From Dendrobates tinctorius (lineage: Eukaryota), in the NCBI RefSeq assembly GCF_039654945.1, contig NW_027361771.1, positions 2,480,001 through 2,544,000 on the forward strand: a DNA stretch of 64,000 nucleotides, written 5' to 3'. The translations under genes and the position numbers were made by a program. Position 1 is the first letter of the stretch. Each line of letters begins with the position of its first letter. Positions 26,840 to 38,437 of this stretch are shown one piece after another. Below the pieces are notes generated by a model. That model saw nothing but the letters and a program-made list of their open reading frames with translations, was not told the origin of the DNA and made no database searches.

Positions 26840-28563
26840 AATAATAATAATAATAAATTTTATTTTTATAGCGCCGACATATTCCGCAGCACTTTACATT
26901 TCAGAGGGGATTTGTACAGACAATAGACATTACAGCATAACAATAATCACATACAGTAGATTATAACAAATACCAAGAGGAAAGAGGGCCCTGCTCGCAA
27001 GCTTACAGTCTATGAGGAAAGAGGGAGACACGAAAGGTGGGTGGTAACAGTTACCCTGATTGTATGGACCAGTCATAATGTTAAGTGTGTAACAGTACAG
27101 ACACAGAGGGCTAATGGAGGCATAAAGCATGTGGGAACATGATGCGGGGAACCTGGTTATGGTAAAACTTTTGGCTCTGCCACACAGGGATAGATTAGGT
27201 TAATGTGTTGGGGTGGTAGGCCAGTCTGAATAAATGCGTTTTCAGGACACGCTTAAAATTGTGGGGATTGGGGACTAATCGTATTGACCTGGGAAGTGCA
27301 TTCCAAAGAATTGGCGCGGCACGTGTAAAGTCTTGGAGACGGGAGTGGGAGGTTCTGACTATTGAGGATGCTAATCTCGGGTCATCAGCAGAACGGAGGG
27401 CGCGGGTAGGGTGGTATACTGAAACAAGGGAGGAGATGTAGGGTGGTGCTGAGCCATGGAGGGCTTTGTGAGTGAGGGTAATAAGTTTATACTGAATTCT
27501 GGAGTGGATGGGTAGCCAGTGTAATGACTGGCACAAGGTAGAGGCATCGGTGTAACGATTGGTGAGGAATATGATCCTGGCTGCAGCATTCAAGACAGAT
27601 TGGAGGGGGGAGAGTTTGGTAAGAGGGAGACCGATTAGAAGAGAGTTACAATAGTCGAGACGAGAATGAATAAGAGAAACAGTAAGAGTTTTTGCAGAGT
27701 CAAAGGTAAGAAAAGGTCGAATTCTAGAAATGTTTTTGAGGTGCAGATGACAAGAGCGAGCCAGTGATCGAATGTGGGGGGCAAAGGAAAGCTCGGAATC
27801 AAGTATGACCCCAAGACAGCGGGCCTTTTGCTGGGGAGTAATAGTGGAACCACACACAGAAATGGCAATGTCGGGTATAGGTACATTAGTAGAGGGAGGA
27901 AACACCAGGAGTTCAGTCTTTGACAGGTTCAGTTTCAGATATAGTGAGGACATGATATTAGACACAGCGTTTAGACAATCGCCGGTGTTTTCTAGAAAGG
28001 CTGGCGTGATGTCAGGAGAAGAAGCGTATAATTGGGTGTCATCAGCATAGAGATGGTACTGGAAACCAAATCTACTGATTGTTTGACCAATAGGGGCAGT
28101 GTACAAGGAGAAGAGGAGGGGACCTAGAACCGATCCTTGGGGGACCCCAACAGTAAGGGGAAGATGAGAGGAGGAGGAACTGGCAAAAGATACAGTAAAG
28201 GAGCGGTCGGAGAGATAGGAGGAGAACCAGGAGAGAACGGTATCCTTGAGGCCAATGGAACGGAGCATAGTGAGGAGGAGCTGATGATCCACAGTGTCGA
28301 ATGCTGCAGAGAGATCCAAGAGAATTAGCATGGAGTAGTGACCATTTGATTTAGCTGTTAGCAGATCATTAGAGACTTTAGTGAGGGCAGTTTCAGTGGA
28401 GTGTAAAGAGCGGAAACTGGATTGGAGAGGGTCGAGAAGAGAGTTTTCTGAGAGATAGCGGATAAGACGGGAGTGGACCAGGCGTTCCAGGAGTTTAGAG
28501 ATGAAGGGAAGATTAGAGACAGGTCTATAGTTAGCGGCACAGTTTTGGTCGAGGGATGGTTTT
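26840..28563 (-). mobile_element. Young 5'-truncated L2 LINE with uninterrupted RT/ORF2 3' half (27195-28563)
   Basis: Frame open from [16 protein letters not shown] through [10 protein letters not shown] and YADDTQ to the stop; (AAT)n tail; cacaat duplicated at 26834-39 / 28564-69. Confidence 0.95.
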
Positions 28564-28700
28564 CACAATGAATTTTAAACAAAACCATTCATATGCAGTT
28601 GAAGTTCAGACTTGCAGCTTTTATTTGAGGGTATCCACATTAAAATTGGATGAAGGGTTTAGGAGTTTCAGCTCCTTAACATGTGCCACCCTGTTTTTAA

Positions 28701-31480
28701 CCCCTTCATGACCCAACCTATTTTGACCTTAATGACCATTTTTTGCAATTCTGACCAGTGTCCCTTTATGAGGTAATAACTCAGGAACGCTTCAACGCAT
28801 CCTAGCGATTCTAAGATTGTTTTTTCGTGACATATTGGGCATCATGTTAGTGGTAAATTTAGGTCGATAATTTTTGCGTTTCTTTGTGAAAAAAACGGAA
28901 ATTTGGTGAAAATTTTGAAAATTTCACAATTTTCAAAATTTGAATTTTTATTCTGTTAAACAAGAGAAGTATATGACACAAAATAGTTACTAAATAACAT
29001 TTCCCACATGTCTACTTTGCATCAGCACAATTTTGGAAACAAAATATTTTTTTGTTAGGAAGTTATAAGGGTTAAAAGTTGACCAGCGATTTCTCATTTT
29101 TACAACAAAATTTACAAAACCATATTTTAGGGACCACCTCACATTTGAAGTCACTTTGAGGGGTCTATATGGCAAATAAAATACCCAACAGTGACACCAT
29201 TCTAAAAACTGCACCCCTCAAGCTACTCAAAACTACATTCAAGAAGATTATTAACCCTTCAGGTGCTTCACAGGAACGAAAGCAACGTGGAAGGAAAAAA
29301 TGGTCATTTTAATTTTTCCAACAAAATTTTTTCATTTTCACGTGGGTAACAGGATGAAATGGATCATAAAATTTGTTTCGCAATTTCTCCTGAGTACATC
29401 GATACCTCATATGTGGTTATAAACCACTGTTTGGGCGCACGGCAGGGCTCAGAAGGGAAGGAGCGCCATTTGACTTTCTGAATGGAAAATATGCTGGAAT
29501 ATTTAGCGGTTGCCATGTCGTTTTTGGAGAGCCCCTGTGTGCCTAAACTTTGGAGCTCCCCCACAAATGACCCCATTTTGGATACTAGACCCTCCAAGGA
29601 ACTTATCTAGATGCGTAATGAGCAATTTGAACCCCCAGGTGCTTCACAAATTGATTCGTAAAAAGTACTTTCTTTTCACAAAAATGTTCTTTTAGCCTCA
29701 GTCTTTTCATTTTCACATGGGCAACAGGATAAAATGGATCCTAAAATTTGTTGGGCAATTTCTCCTGAGTACACTGATACCTCATATGTGGTCATAAACC
29801 ACTGTTTGGGCGCACGGCAGGGCCCGGAAGGGAAGGAGCGCCATTTGACTTTTTGAATGGAAAATTAGCTCCAATCGTTAGCGGACACCATGTCGTGTTT
29901 GGAGAGACCCTGTGTACCTAAACATTGGAGCTCCCACACAAGTGACCCCATTTTGGAAACTAGACCCCCTAAGGAGCTTATATAGATGTGTGGTGAGCAC
30001 TCTGAAACCCCAAGTGCTTCACAGAAGTTTATAACGCAGGACCGTGAAAATAAAAAATATTTTTTTTCTCCCTCAAAAAATGATTTTTAGCCCATATGTG
30101 GGGGGGCCACCACTGTTTGGGCACACTTTGGGGCTCGGAAGGGAAGTAGTGACGTATTGAAATGTCGACTTCATGGAATGGTCTGCGGGTGTCATGTTAC
30201 GTTTGCAGAGCCCCTGATGTACCTAAACAGTGGAAACCCCCCACAAATGACCCCATTTTGGAAACTAGATCCCCTACGGAGCTTATCTAGATGTGTGGTG
30301 AGCACTCTGAACCCCCAAGTGCTTCACAGAAGTTTATAACGCCGAACCGTGGAAATAAAAAAAATTTTCTCCACAAAAATTATTTTTTTAGCCCCCAATT
30401 TTTAATTTTCCCAAGGGTAACAGGAGAAATTAGACCCCCAAAGTTGTTGTGCAATTTTTCCTGAGTACTCTGATACCCCATATGTGGGGGTAAACCACTG
30501 TTTGGGCACACGTCGGGGCTCGGAATGGAGGCAGCACTGTTCGACTTTTTGAACACAAAATTGGCTGGAATAAATGGTGGCGCCATGTCGTGTTTGGAGA
30601 CCCCCTGATATGCGTAAACAGTGGAAACCCCTCAATTCTAACTCCAATCCTAACCCCAACACACCCCTAACCCTAATCTCAACCCTAATCATAACCCTAT
30701 CCCCAACACACCCCTAACCCTAATCCCAACCCTAATCAACCCCAACACACCTTAACCCTAATCACAAACCTAACCCTAATCCCAACCCCAACCCACCCCT
30801 AACCCTAATCTTAACCCTAGCCCTATTTCTAACCCTAACCCTATTTCTAACCCTAATTGAAAAATAAAAATATTTTATTATTTGTCCCTATGGGGGGTGA
30901 TAAGGGGGGCGGTGATTTACTTTTTTTTTTATTTTGATCCCTGTGAGAGTTTATCACAGTGATCAAAATAAAAAACAATGAATCTGCCGCCGGGAAATGC
31001 CGGCGGGTGCACTGCGCATGCGCCCGCCATTTTCCAAGATGGCGGCGCCCATGGACCGGGACGGCCAGGGGGGGTTAGTGAGTATCGTGGAGGGGGATCG
31101 GAAGGTGGGGGGGAGCGGAGGGAAGGGGGAGGGGGGCAGATTGCGACAGCGGCGGCCGATCAGTCGGCGGGGGGGTTAACTTAGTGTCTCCAGCCATTGT
31201 AATAGTTAATCAAATTTCATTGATGAACTATTACTATCACTCTGATTGTCTGTTGAAAGTGAAACAGCCAATCAGAGCGATCGTAGCCACGGGGGGGCTA
31301 AGCCACCCCCCCTGTGGTGAAGCACAAAGGGTCCTGTCACTGCGGGTCGGGTGACCTTTCCGTGACCGCGGTCACCCGACCCGCAGGGGGGCTTTAAACT
31401 CATGACACAGAGTATGCGTCATGGGTCAGATTGGCACCGACTTTCATGACCCATACGCTGTGCCACATGTCGGGAAGGGG
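28701..31480. mobile_element. Non-autonomous piggyBac-like element with internal ~370-bp tandem repeats
   Basis: TTAA|CCCCTTC ... GAAGGGG|TTAA inserted at a TTAA in the Tc1 TIR; about 4 repeat units at 29330-30630; no transposase ORF. Confidence 0.85.
30630..30857. repeat. Degenerate telomere-like (CCCTAA)n array
   Basis: Many exact CCCTAA hexamers mixed with CCCCAA/TCCCAA/TCTTAA variants. Confidence 0.85.
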
Positions 31481-31641
31481 TTAAAGGGACCAAAAGTAAT
31501 TGGACTATTGACTCCAAGGCTATTTCATGGACAGATGTGGGCAATCCCTTCGTTATGTCATTCTCAATTAAGCAGATAAAAGGCCTGGAGTTGATTTGAG
31601 GTGTGGTGCTTGCATTTGGAAGGTTTTGCTGTGAAGGAAAC

Positions 31642-32685
31642 ATTCGGTCAAAGGAGCTCTCCATGCAGGTGAAACAAGCCATCCTTAAGTTGCAAAAAAC
31701 AGAAAAAACCCATCGAAGAAATTGCTACAACATTAGGAGTGGCAAAATCTACAGTTTGGTACATCCTGAGAAAGAAAGAATGCACTGGTGAGAACTCATC
31801 AATGCAAAAAGACCTGGGCGCCCGCAGAAGACGACAGTGGTGGATGATCGCAGAATAATCTCCATGGTGAAGAGAAACCCCTTCACAACAGCCAACCAAG
31901 TGAACAACACTCTCCAGGAGGTATGCGTATCAATATCCAAATCTACCATAAATAGAAGACTGCATGAAAGTAAATACAGAGGGTTCACTGCACGGTGCAA
32001 GCCACTCATAAGCATCAAGAATCAAAAGGCTAGACTGGACTTTGCTAAAAAACATCTAAAAAAGCCAGCACAGTTCTGGAAGAACATTCTTTGGACAGAT
32101 AAAACCAAGATCCACCTCTACCAGAATGATGGAAAGAGAAAAGTATGGCGAAGGCGTGGTACAGCTCATGATCCAAAGCATACCACATCATCTGTAAAAC
32201 ATGGCGGAGGCAGTGTGATGGCTTGGGCATGCATGGCTGCCAGTGGCACTGGGTCACTAGTGTTTATTGATGATGTGACACAGGACAGAAGCAGCCGAAT
32301 GAATTCTGAGGTATTCAGAGCCATACTGTGTCCTCAGATCCAGCCAAATGCAGCCAAACTGACTGGTCCTCGTTTCATGCTAAAGATGGACAATGACCCA
32401 AAACATAAAGCCAAAGCAACCCAGGAGTTTATTAAAGCAAAGAAGTGGAATATTCTTGAATGGCCAAGTCAGTCACCTGATCTCAACCCAATTGAGCATG
32501 CATTCCACTTGTTAAAGGCTAAACTTCAGACAGAAAGGCCCACAAACAAACAGCAACTGAAAACCACCGCAGTGAAGGCCTGGCAGAGCATCAAAAAGGA
32601 GGAAACTCAGCGTCTGCTGGTGATGTCCATGAGTTCAAGACTTCAGGGAGTCATTGCCAACAAAGGGTTTTCAGCCAAGTACTAG
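31642..32685 (+). pseudogene. Tc1 transposase, N-terminus disrupted
   Basis: Putative start ATT-CGG-TCA (RSKELSMQVKQ) with frameshifts before 31837; WTD, DNDPKH and NPIE with 34-residue D-E spacing. Confidence 0.9.
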
Positions 32686-32818
32686 AAATGAACATTTTAG
32701 TTACAGGAAAGATGTATATCTTTGTACCGTGTTAGCCAGTAGATAGAAAAATATTCAGAATTGAGAGTCCTCAGTGGTTGATACCTTTTAATGGCTAACT
32801 GAAAAGATGGTAACACAT

Positions 32819-32857
32819 TGCAAGCTTTCGAGACTACTTAGGTCTCTTCATCAGGCA
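32819..32857 (-). ncRNA. Minimal hammerhead ribozyme (Penelope type)
   Basis: UGC-CUGAUGA-A-GAGAC(cuaagua)GUCUC-GAAA-GC-UU-GCA: intact core, stem II, palindromic AGCU stem III, short stem I. Confidence 0.75.
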
Positions 32858-33540
32858 TAGACTAATACAAAATCTGAAGAGTCACATATTTATGCACAAT
32901 ACAGCACAGAAAAAATTCAATAGATGAGACAAGTGACGTGAAGCAGAATTATGATTATGAGGGAGGGAGAAACATAAATATTGGACCAGTTCATAGATAA
33001 GGAGTCCAGATGTTTTATTGTCCTCTGATTGGGGTCTCCTAGTGTGTTGTGATGCCCCCACAAGGTCTTCGGAGCAAATTCCTTAACTGATGCAAAAAGA
33101 CATAAATCCATGCGACACATTCATTCCAGCATTGAGAGTGTCAAAGGTCGTCATAAATTTATACTCACAGACTCTTCTCTCTCTCTCTGAGATGTGAAGT
33201 TACCTTTCAATACCAGTAATTTCATATCCCTGGTGCTGTGATCAGGCATACAAAAATGTTTTGCCACAGGTAGATCCATTCTTTTTTCTCTTATTGTGTG
33301 ACGATGAGAATTCATCCTTGTTCTAAGCTTTTGCCCTGTCTCCCCCACATACAGACCCCCAGTTGGACATTTAGTATAAATAATTAAGTACACCACATTA
33401 GATGTAATGCAGCTGAAAGTATCTGGGATCTTGTAGTCCTGATGTGAATTCTGCTTCACGTCACTTGTCTCATCTATTGCATTTTTTTCTGTGCTGTATT
33501 GTGCATAAATATGTGACTCTTCAGATTTTGTATTAGTCTA

Positions 33541-33579
33541 TGCCAGATGAAGAGACCTGAGTAGTCTCGAAAGCTTGCA
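33541..33579 (+). ncRNA. Hammerhead copy with core mutation (CAGAUGA)
   Basis: tgcCAGATGAagagacctgagtagtctcGAAAgcttgca; inverted twin of 32819-32857. Confidence 0.65.
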
Positions 33580-35095
33580 ATGTGTTACCATCTTTTCAGT
33601 TAGCCATTAAAAGGTATCAACCACTGAGGACTCTCATTTTAGTTACAAGTATTTAATCTGTCCAATTACTTTTGGTCCCTTTAAAAACAGGGTGGCACAT
33701 GTTAAGGAGCTGAAACTCCTAAACCCTTCATCCAATTTTAAAGTGGATACCCTCAAATGAAAGCTGAAAGTCTGAACTTCAACTGCATATGAATGGTTTT
33801 GTTTAAAATTCATTGTGGTAATGTCTAGTACCAAAAATAGAATAATGTTGTCTCTGTCCAAATATATATGGACCTAACTGTATGAAGAATGGCTCACTTA
33901 TAAGAGAAGTCAAGAAAGATATGATTGAAAATGGCATCATTTTATGATTGATGGGGGTCCAACTGCTGGGACATCCACAGATGAAGTCCTGCTTTTAGCG
34001 CTGTATCCCCTTTAGCCTTTGTTCACACACTGCATTTTTGCTGTTTTTTTTTTTTTTTTTCTGCAGGCAAAAACTACTCACTTGTCAGTAAAGAAGCTGC
34101 TTATAAAAAGCTGGCTTTGCTGCGTTTTATGCTGCATTTTTCATGCAGCTACAGTTTAGTGCTTGTTATTTGTTATTCCTAAGTTTTCTGCACCAGAAAT
34201 GCTGCGAAACCTGATACCTACGTTTCTCCTTCGTCTCATTGGGGGACACAGGTACTGTGGGTGTATGCTACTGCCACCTGGAGGCTGACACTAAGTGAAC
34301 AAAAAAGGTTAGCTCCTCCTCTGCGCATACACCCTCGCCCCGATTGCGGGCGGAACTCAGTTTTTTGCTTAATGTCTCTGGAGGAACACGTGTCTGGTTT
34401 TTCTCCAGACTTCTTTTTTCCATGAAGATAAGACAGGGGCGACGGATCCTATTGAAAGGGTCTGATCTCCCCAAACCATCAACGGGCGAGCACGTGTTGA
34501 GTATCATCTCCACGTATCCTTTCCCGCACCGAGGGACATATCTGTGTTTTTTTCCCCAGACTTTATTTTTGTTTTTTATTTTTATGAAGATAAGATAGGG
34601 GCAACGGATCCTATTGAAAGGGTCCGGTTTCCCCAAACCAACAATGGGCGAGCACGTGCGAGTGTCCCTCCACGTATCCTCTTCTGCGACGTGGGACACG
34701 ATGCTGGACTTAGCCCTGTCCACCCCTAAGTATTGAAACCATGGGCTTGCACAGAGGCACAAGACTAGTCTGTGCGGCCCGCACTGCTCCACCAACGCTA
34801 GACGGCGGTGCTGCAAGGCGGCAGACGGTCCCTCTCCTCACCCCCTGAAGGGGTTAGACGGAGTTAGGGTGCCTGCACCGTCCAGAAATTAACCCCATTC
34901 CCTCTACCTGGGTGCTGGATCCGGAGTCAGGTATGGAGAGCTGGGGAGGGTCCTGCGGCAGCGTTCCGGTCCACTGAAGCTCCAGGCGTCTTAGGAAGTG
35001 TAGGGCGATCCTGGAGGCGCGCTACGGGCGATTAAGGGTGGTTTTTTCCTACTCCCTTCCTCTCAACCCTCATATGAATTAGGTCTGGTAGCAAT

Positions 35096-36540
35096 ATGTC
35101 CGGAAAAGGTAAATCGCACATGTTCCTTTATGCCGCATGCATTTCTTGTGCGGTTAGGTTTCCACGAGCTCAGAGCCAAAAAATATGTGAAGCCTGTGAC
35201 TCCGAATGCGCCCAGGAGCCCTCCCCTGCGACAGAGCCCAGGGGTCCGGGTCCCCCGGAATGGGCCTTATCCCTTTCCCAGTCTATTGGCTTCTCTGACA
35301 AGGGCGATCGAGACCCTTCAGGCTCCAGATAGGGGCAGAGATGGCGGCTCGCCTGTCTGGGAGGGATCATCCGCCTCACAAGAGCCTCCGGCCTGCAGGG
35401 GCCACAGTCATTCTAGACAGGCGCATAGGAAAAGAACCCACACAGCGTCTCCGGGCCCATCCGGTGCTTCGGCATCCGTGAGTGCGGCGTCTCGTTCACA
35501 GTCACCACTATCCGGGAGCGAGCAGAGTTCAGATTATGACGCAGATGAGCCCCTGGACCTAGACACTCCAGGGTGTCGGGTGACGGTTGACAGTCTCATA
35601 GAAGCTGTCATTCAGACTTTTGGTATCGAAGATGACGTCTCTCTGGCCTCAGGTCATAAGGTGTCCTTTAAGAGGGCCAAGCGACCGCATAGAGTATTTG
35701 GCACTCACCCAGTTAGAGGATATAGTACAGCGTCACAGGGAGCGACCGGACAGGCGCTTCTCGGGCCAGAAAACGCTGGAAGCAAGGTATCCGTTTGCAC
35801 CAGAGCTCTGTAATAAATGGGCGGAATCCCCGGTGGTGGATCCGCCAGTGTCACGCTTGGCTTCAAAATCTTTGTTATCGGTACCTAGTGTTTCTTCTAT
35901 TAAAGACCCCACGGATCGGCTCATAGAGAGTTTGGCCCGCTCTGTGTATGAGGCATCAGGTTCAGCGCTCTCTCCCTCATTCCCAGCAACATGGGTAGCC
36001 AAGGCCATGATGTCATAGTCAGAATCTTTAAATAAAGTCTTGCGGGATAGGGACCTGCCGACGGAGGTATCAGAGATAGCGAGTCAGATCGCGATGGCAG
36101 GTGATTACCTAATCAATGCATCCTTAGACGCTGCTAATTGCGCGGCACTGGCGGCGGCTAATGCGATCGCCGTTAGGAGGGCTCTATGGTTAAGGATGGG
36201 GCGGGCCGATTCGGTTTCCAAAAAATCCTTGACTTCCCTACCTTATCAGGGTAGCCGCCTATTTGGGGAAAAATTAGACCAACTCATCTCTGATGCTACA
36301 GGGGGGAAAAGCAGTTTTCTTCCACAGCAGAAAATCAAGCCGCCGTTTCGTCAGCCTCAGGCGCGGTTTCGGGCATTTCGTAACCCCGGGTGGATGGCAT
36401 CGGCCAATTCCGCCGCTCCAGTTCGCTACAACCAAGACAAGGATCGACAGGTCACATATAGAGCCAACCCGCTGGGCAGGATGCGGGCTCGCCAGCCCAG
36501 GTCGAGGGGAGTCAGATCCCAAAGACCATCAGCTAAATGA
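35096..36540 (+). pseudogene. DIRS gag-like ORF1 with N-terminal CxxC...CxxC
   Basis: Pieces in ORFs 35096, 35130, 35620 and 36040; frameshifts near 35287 and 35710, TAG at 36016; PVVDPPVSRL and RLFGEKLDQLIS motifs. Confidence 0.85.
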
Positions 36541-38437
36541 CTCGGGGCAGCCGTTACCCGAAAACGACAGGGTGGGCGGCAGTCTACTCCAGTTCTGCCA
36601 CGTCTGGGTCACGGTGGCACGCGACGCATGGGTGGCGGAATTGGTGTCGTCCGGGTACAAGATAGAATTTGTCAAGTATCCCCCAAAACAATTTTTTCTT
36701 TCCCGGCTTCCCAAGGTGGAGGCCCGGGCAGAGGCTTTGCTGGGAGCCATCAAGGTATTCCAGAGCAACGGAGTCATTATTCCCTTACCAGAGTGCGAGA
36801 GGACTCTGGGTTTTTACTCCAATCTGTTCGCGGTCCCTAAAAAGGACAGTACAGTCAGGCGGTACTTGACCTAAAGCTCCTGAACAGGTTAATCAGGATC
36901 AAACATTTTCAAATGGAATCTCTCCGTTCGGTTATAGCGGCCATGGAGCAAGGGGAATATTTGGTCTCGATAGACGTCCAGGATGCCTATCTGCACGTCC
37001 CTATTTTTCCTCCACATCAGAAGTTCCTACGTTTTGCCATCGATGGCCGGCACTTCCAGTTTGTAGCACTGCCCTTCGGGCTGGCTATCGCCTCCAGGGT
37101 GTTCACAAAGGTAATGGCAGTCGTCATGGCCATTCTACACTCTCGGGGCATAGTTGTCTTGCCGTACTTAGACGACCTCTTGGTGAAAGGCCCTTCATTT
37201 CGGGCATGCGAAGAGAATGTCAGCATTGCGCTGGATACCCTATCCCACCTAGGATGGCTGGTCAACGGGAAGAAGTCATCCCTTGTCCCAGCCCAGAAGA
37301 TTTCTTTCTTAGGGATGATTTTCGACACCTCCCGAGGGTTGGTAATTTTCCCTCAGGACAAGGCTCTAGCGCTCCGGCAGGGAGTCCGGAAACTGCAGCA
37401 GCCAGTCCCTCACACCATTCGGTTCAGGATGAGGGTGCTAGGGAAGATGGTGGCGGCAATGGAAGCAATTCCTTTTGCCCAATTTCATCTTCGCCCCCTG
37501 CAGCATGCTCTCTTGACAGTCTGGGACAAGAGCCCATTCACGCTCGGTGCCGTTGTCCTCTCAGGTCAGACAGTCACTACAGCGGTGGACGAGCAGTTCC
37601 TCCCTTCTTCAGGGGAAGCCTTTCCCCCCAGATCAATGGTTGGTGGTCACAACCGACGCGAGCCTCCTCGACTGGGGAGCGGTTTTTTGTCACCACACAC
37701 TTCAGGGGCAATGGTCACAACAGGAAGCACGCCTCCAGATCAACTTGTTGGAGATACGTGCAGTGCGGCTGGCGCTGCAACATTTCCAGCACTTTCTAGC
37801 AGGACGTCCTGTCTGGATTCAATCGGACAACGCCACGGCGGTGGCTTACGTAAATCATCAAGGGGGCACCCGCAGCAGGGCAACCATGCGCGAAGTAGAA
37901 CACGTACCTCGCTGGGCCGAGAAGAACCACTCGGTAATTTCAGCAGTCCACATACCGGGCGTGGAAAATTGGGCGGCGGACATCCTCAGCCGGCAGGGTG
38001 TCGTGTCCGGGGAATGGGCGCTGCACCCCGAGGTCTTCCAGCAGATTTGCCAACGGTGGGGAACACCGGATGTGGATTTGATGGCCTCCGGGGTGAACGC
38101 CAAAGTGCCCGTGTTCGTGGCTCGGTCTCGGGACCCACGAGCGATCGCAGTGGATGTGTTGGTTCTACCATGGAACCAGTTTCGCCTTCCATACTTGTTT
38201 CCCCCGCTACCACTACTTCCGAGGGTCATCAAGAAAATCAAAACAGAGGGGGTTCCAGCAATTCTGCTGGCCCCAGACTGGCCCCGTCAGGCATGGTACG
38301 TGGATCTAGTGCAGCTCCTTGCAGACGTTCCATGGCGTCTGCCAGAACGACCAGACTTGCTGTCGCAGGGGCCGATCTGCCACCCGAACTCAGGGGCCCT
38401 GTGTTTGACGGCATGGCCGTTGAATCTTGGATTCTGA
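36541..38437 (+). pseudogene. DIRS RT-RNase H-adenine methyltransferase ORF
   Basis: GFYSNLFAVPKKD, DVQDAYLHVP, LPFGL, YLDD; RH TTDAS/NLLE/SDN; MT DLMAS, YLFPP, APDWPRQAWY; frameshifts near 36860 and 37545. Confidence 0.92.

Larger units (their letters stand above)
32706..33634 (-). mobile_element. Penelope-like retroelement 3' fragment: GIY-YIG endonuclease plus inverted terminal segment
   Basis: ORF 33151-33459 SNVVYLI...LYVGETGQKLRTRMNSHR...PVAKHF; inverted repeat 32763-32950 / 33447-33635; 13-bp TSD cattttagttaca. Confidence 0.9.
26774..33880 (+). mobile_element. Tc1 (DD34E) transposon broken by three later insertions
   Basis: TA|CAGTTAGGTCCAT ... ATGGACCTAACTG|TA; the left TIR reassembles from 26774-26839 + 28570-28700 + 31485 onward and mirrors 33655-33880. 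Confidence 0.9.

Noticed and set aside
30630-30857. True telomere or chromosome fusion site
   Set aside because: Short, degenerate, single orientation and inside a transposon
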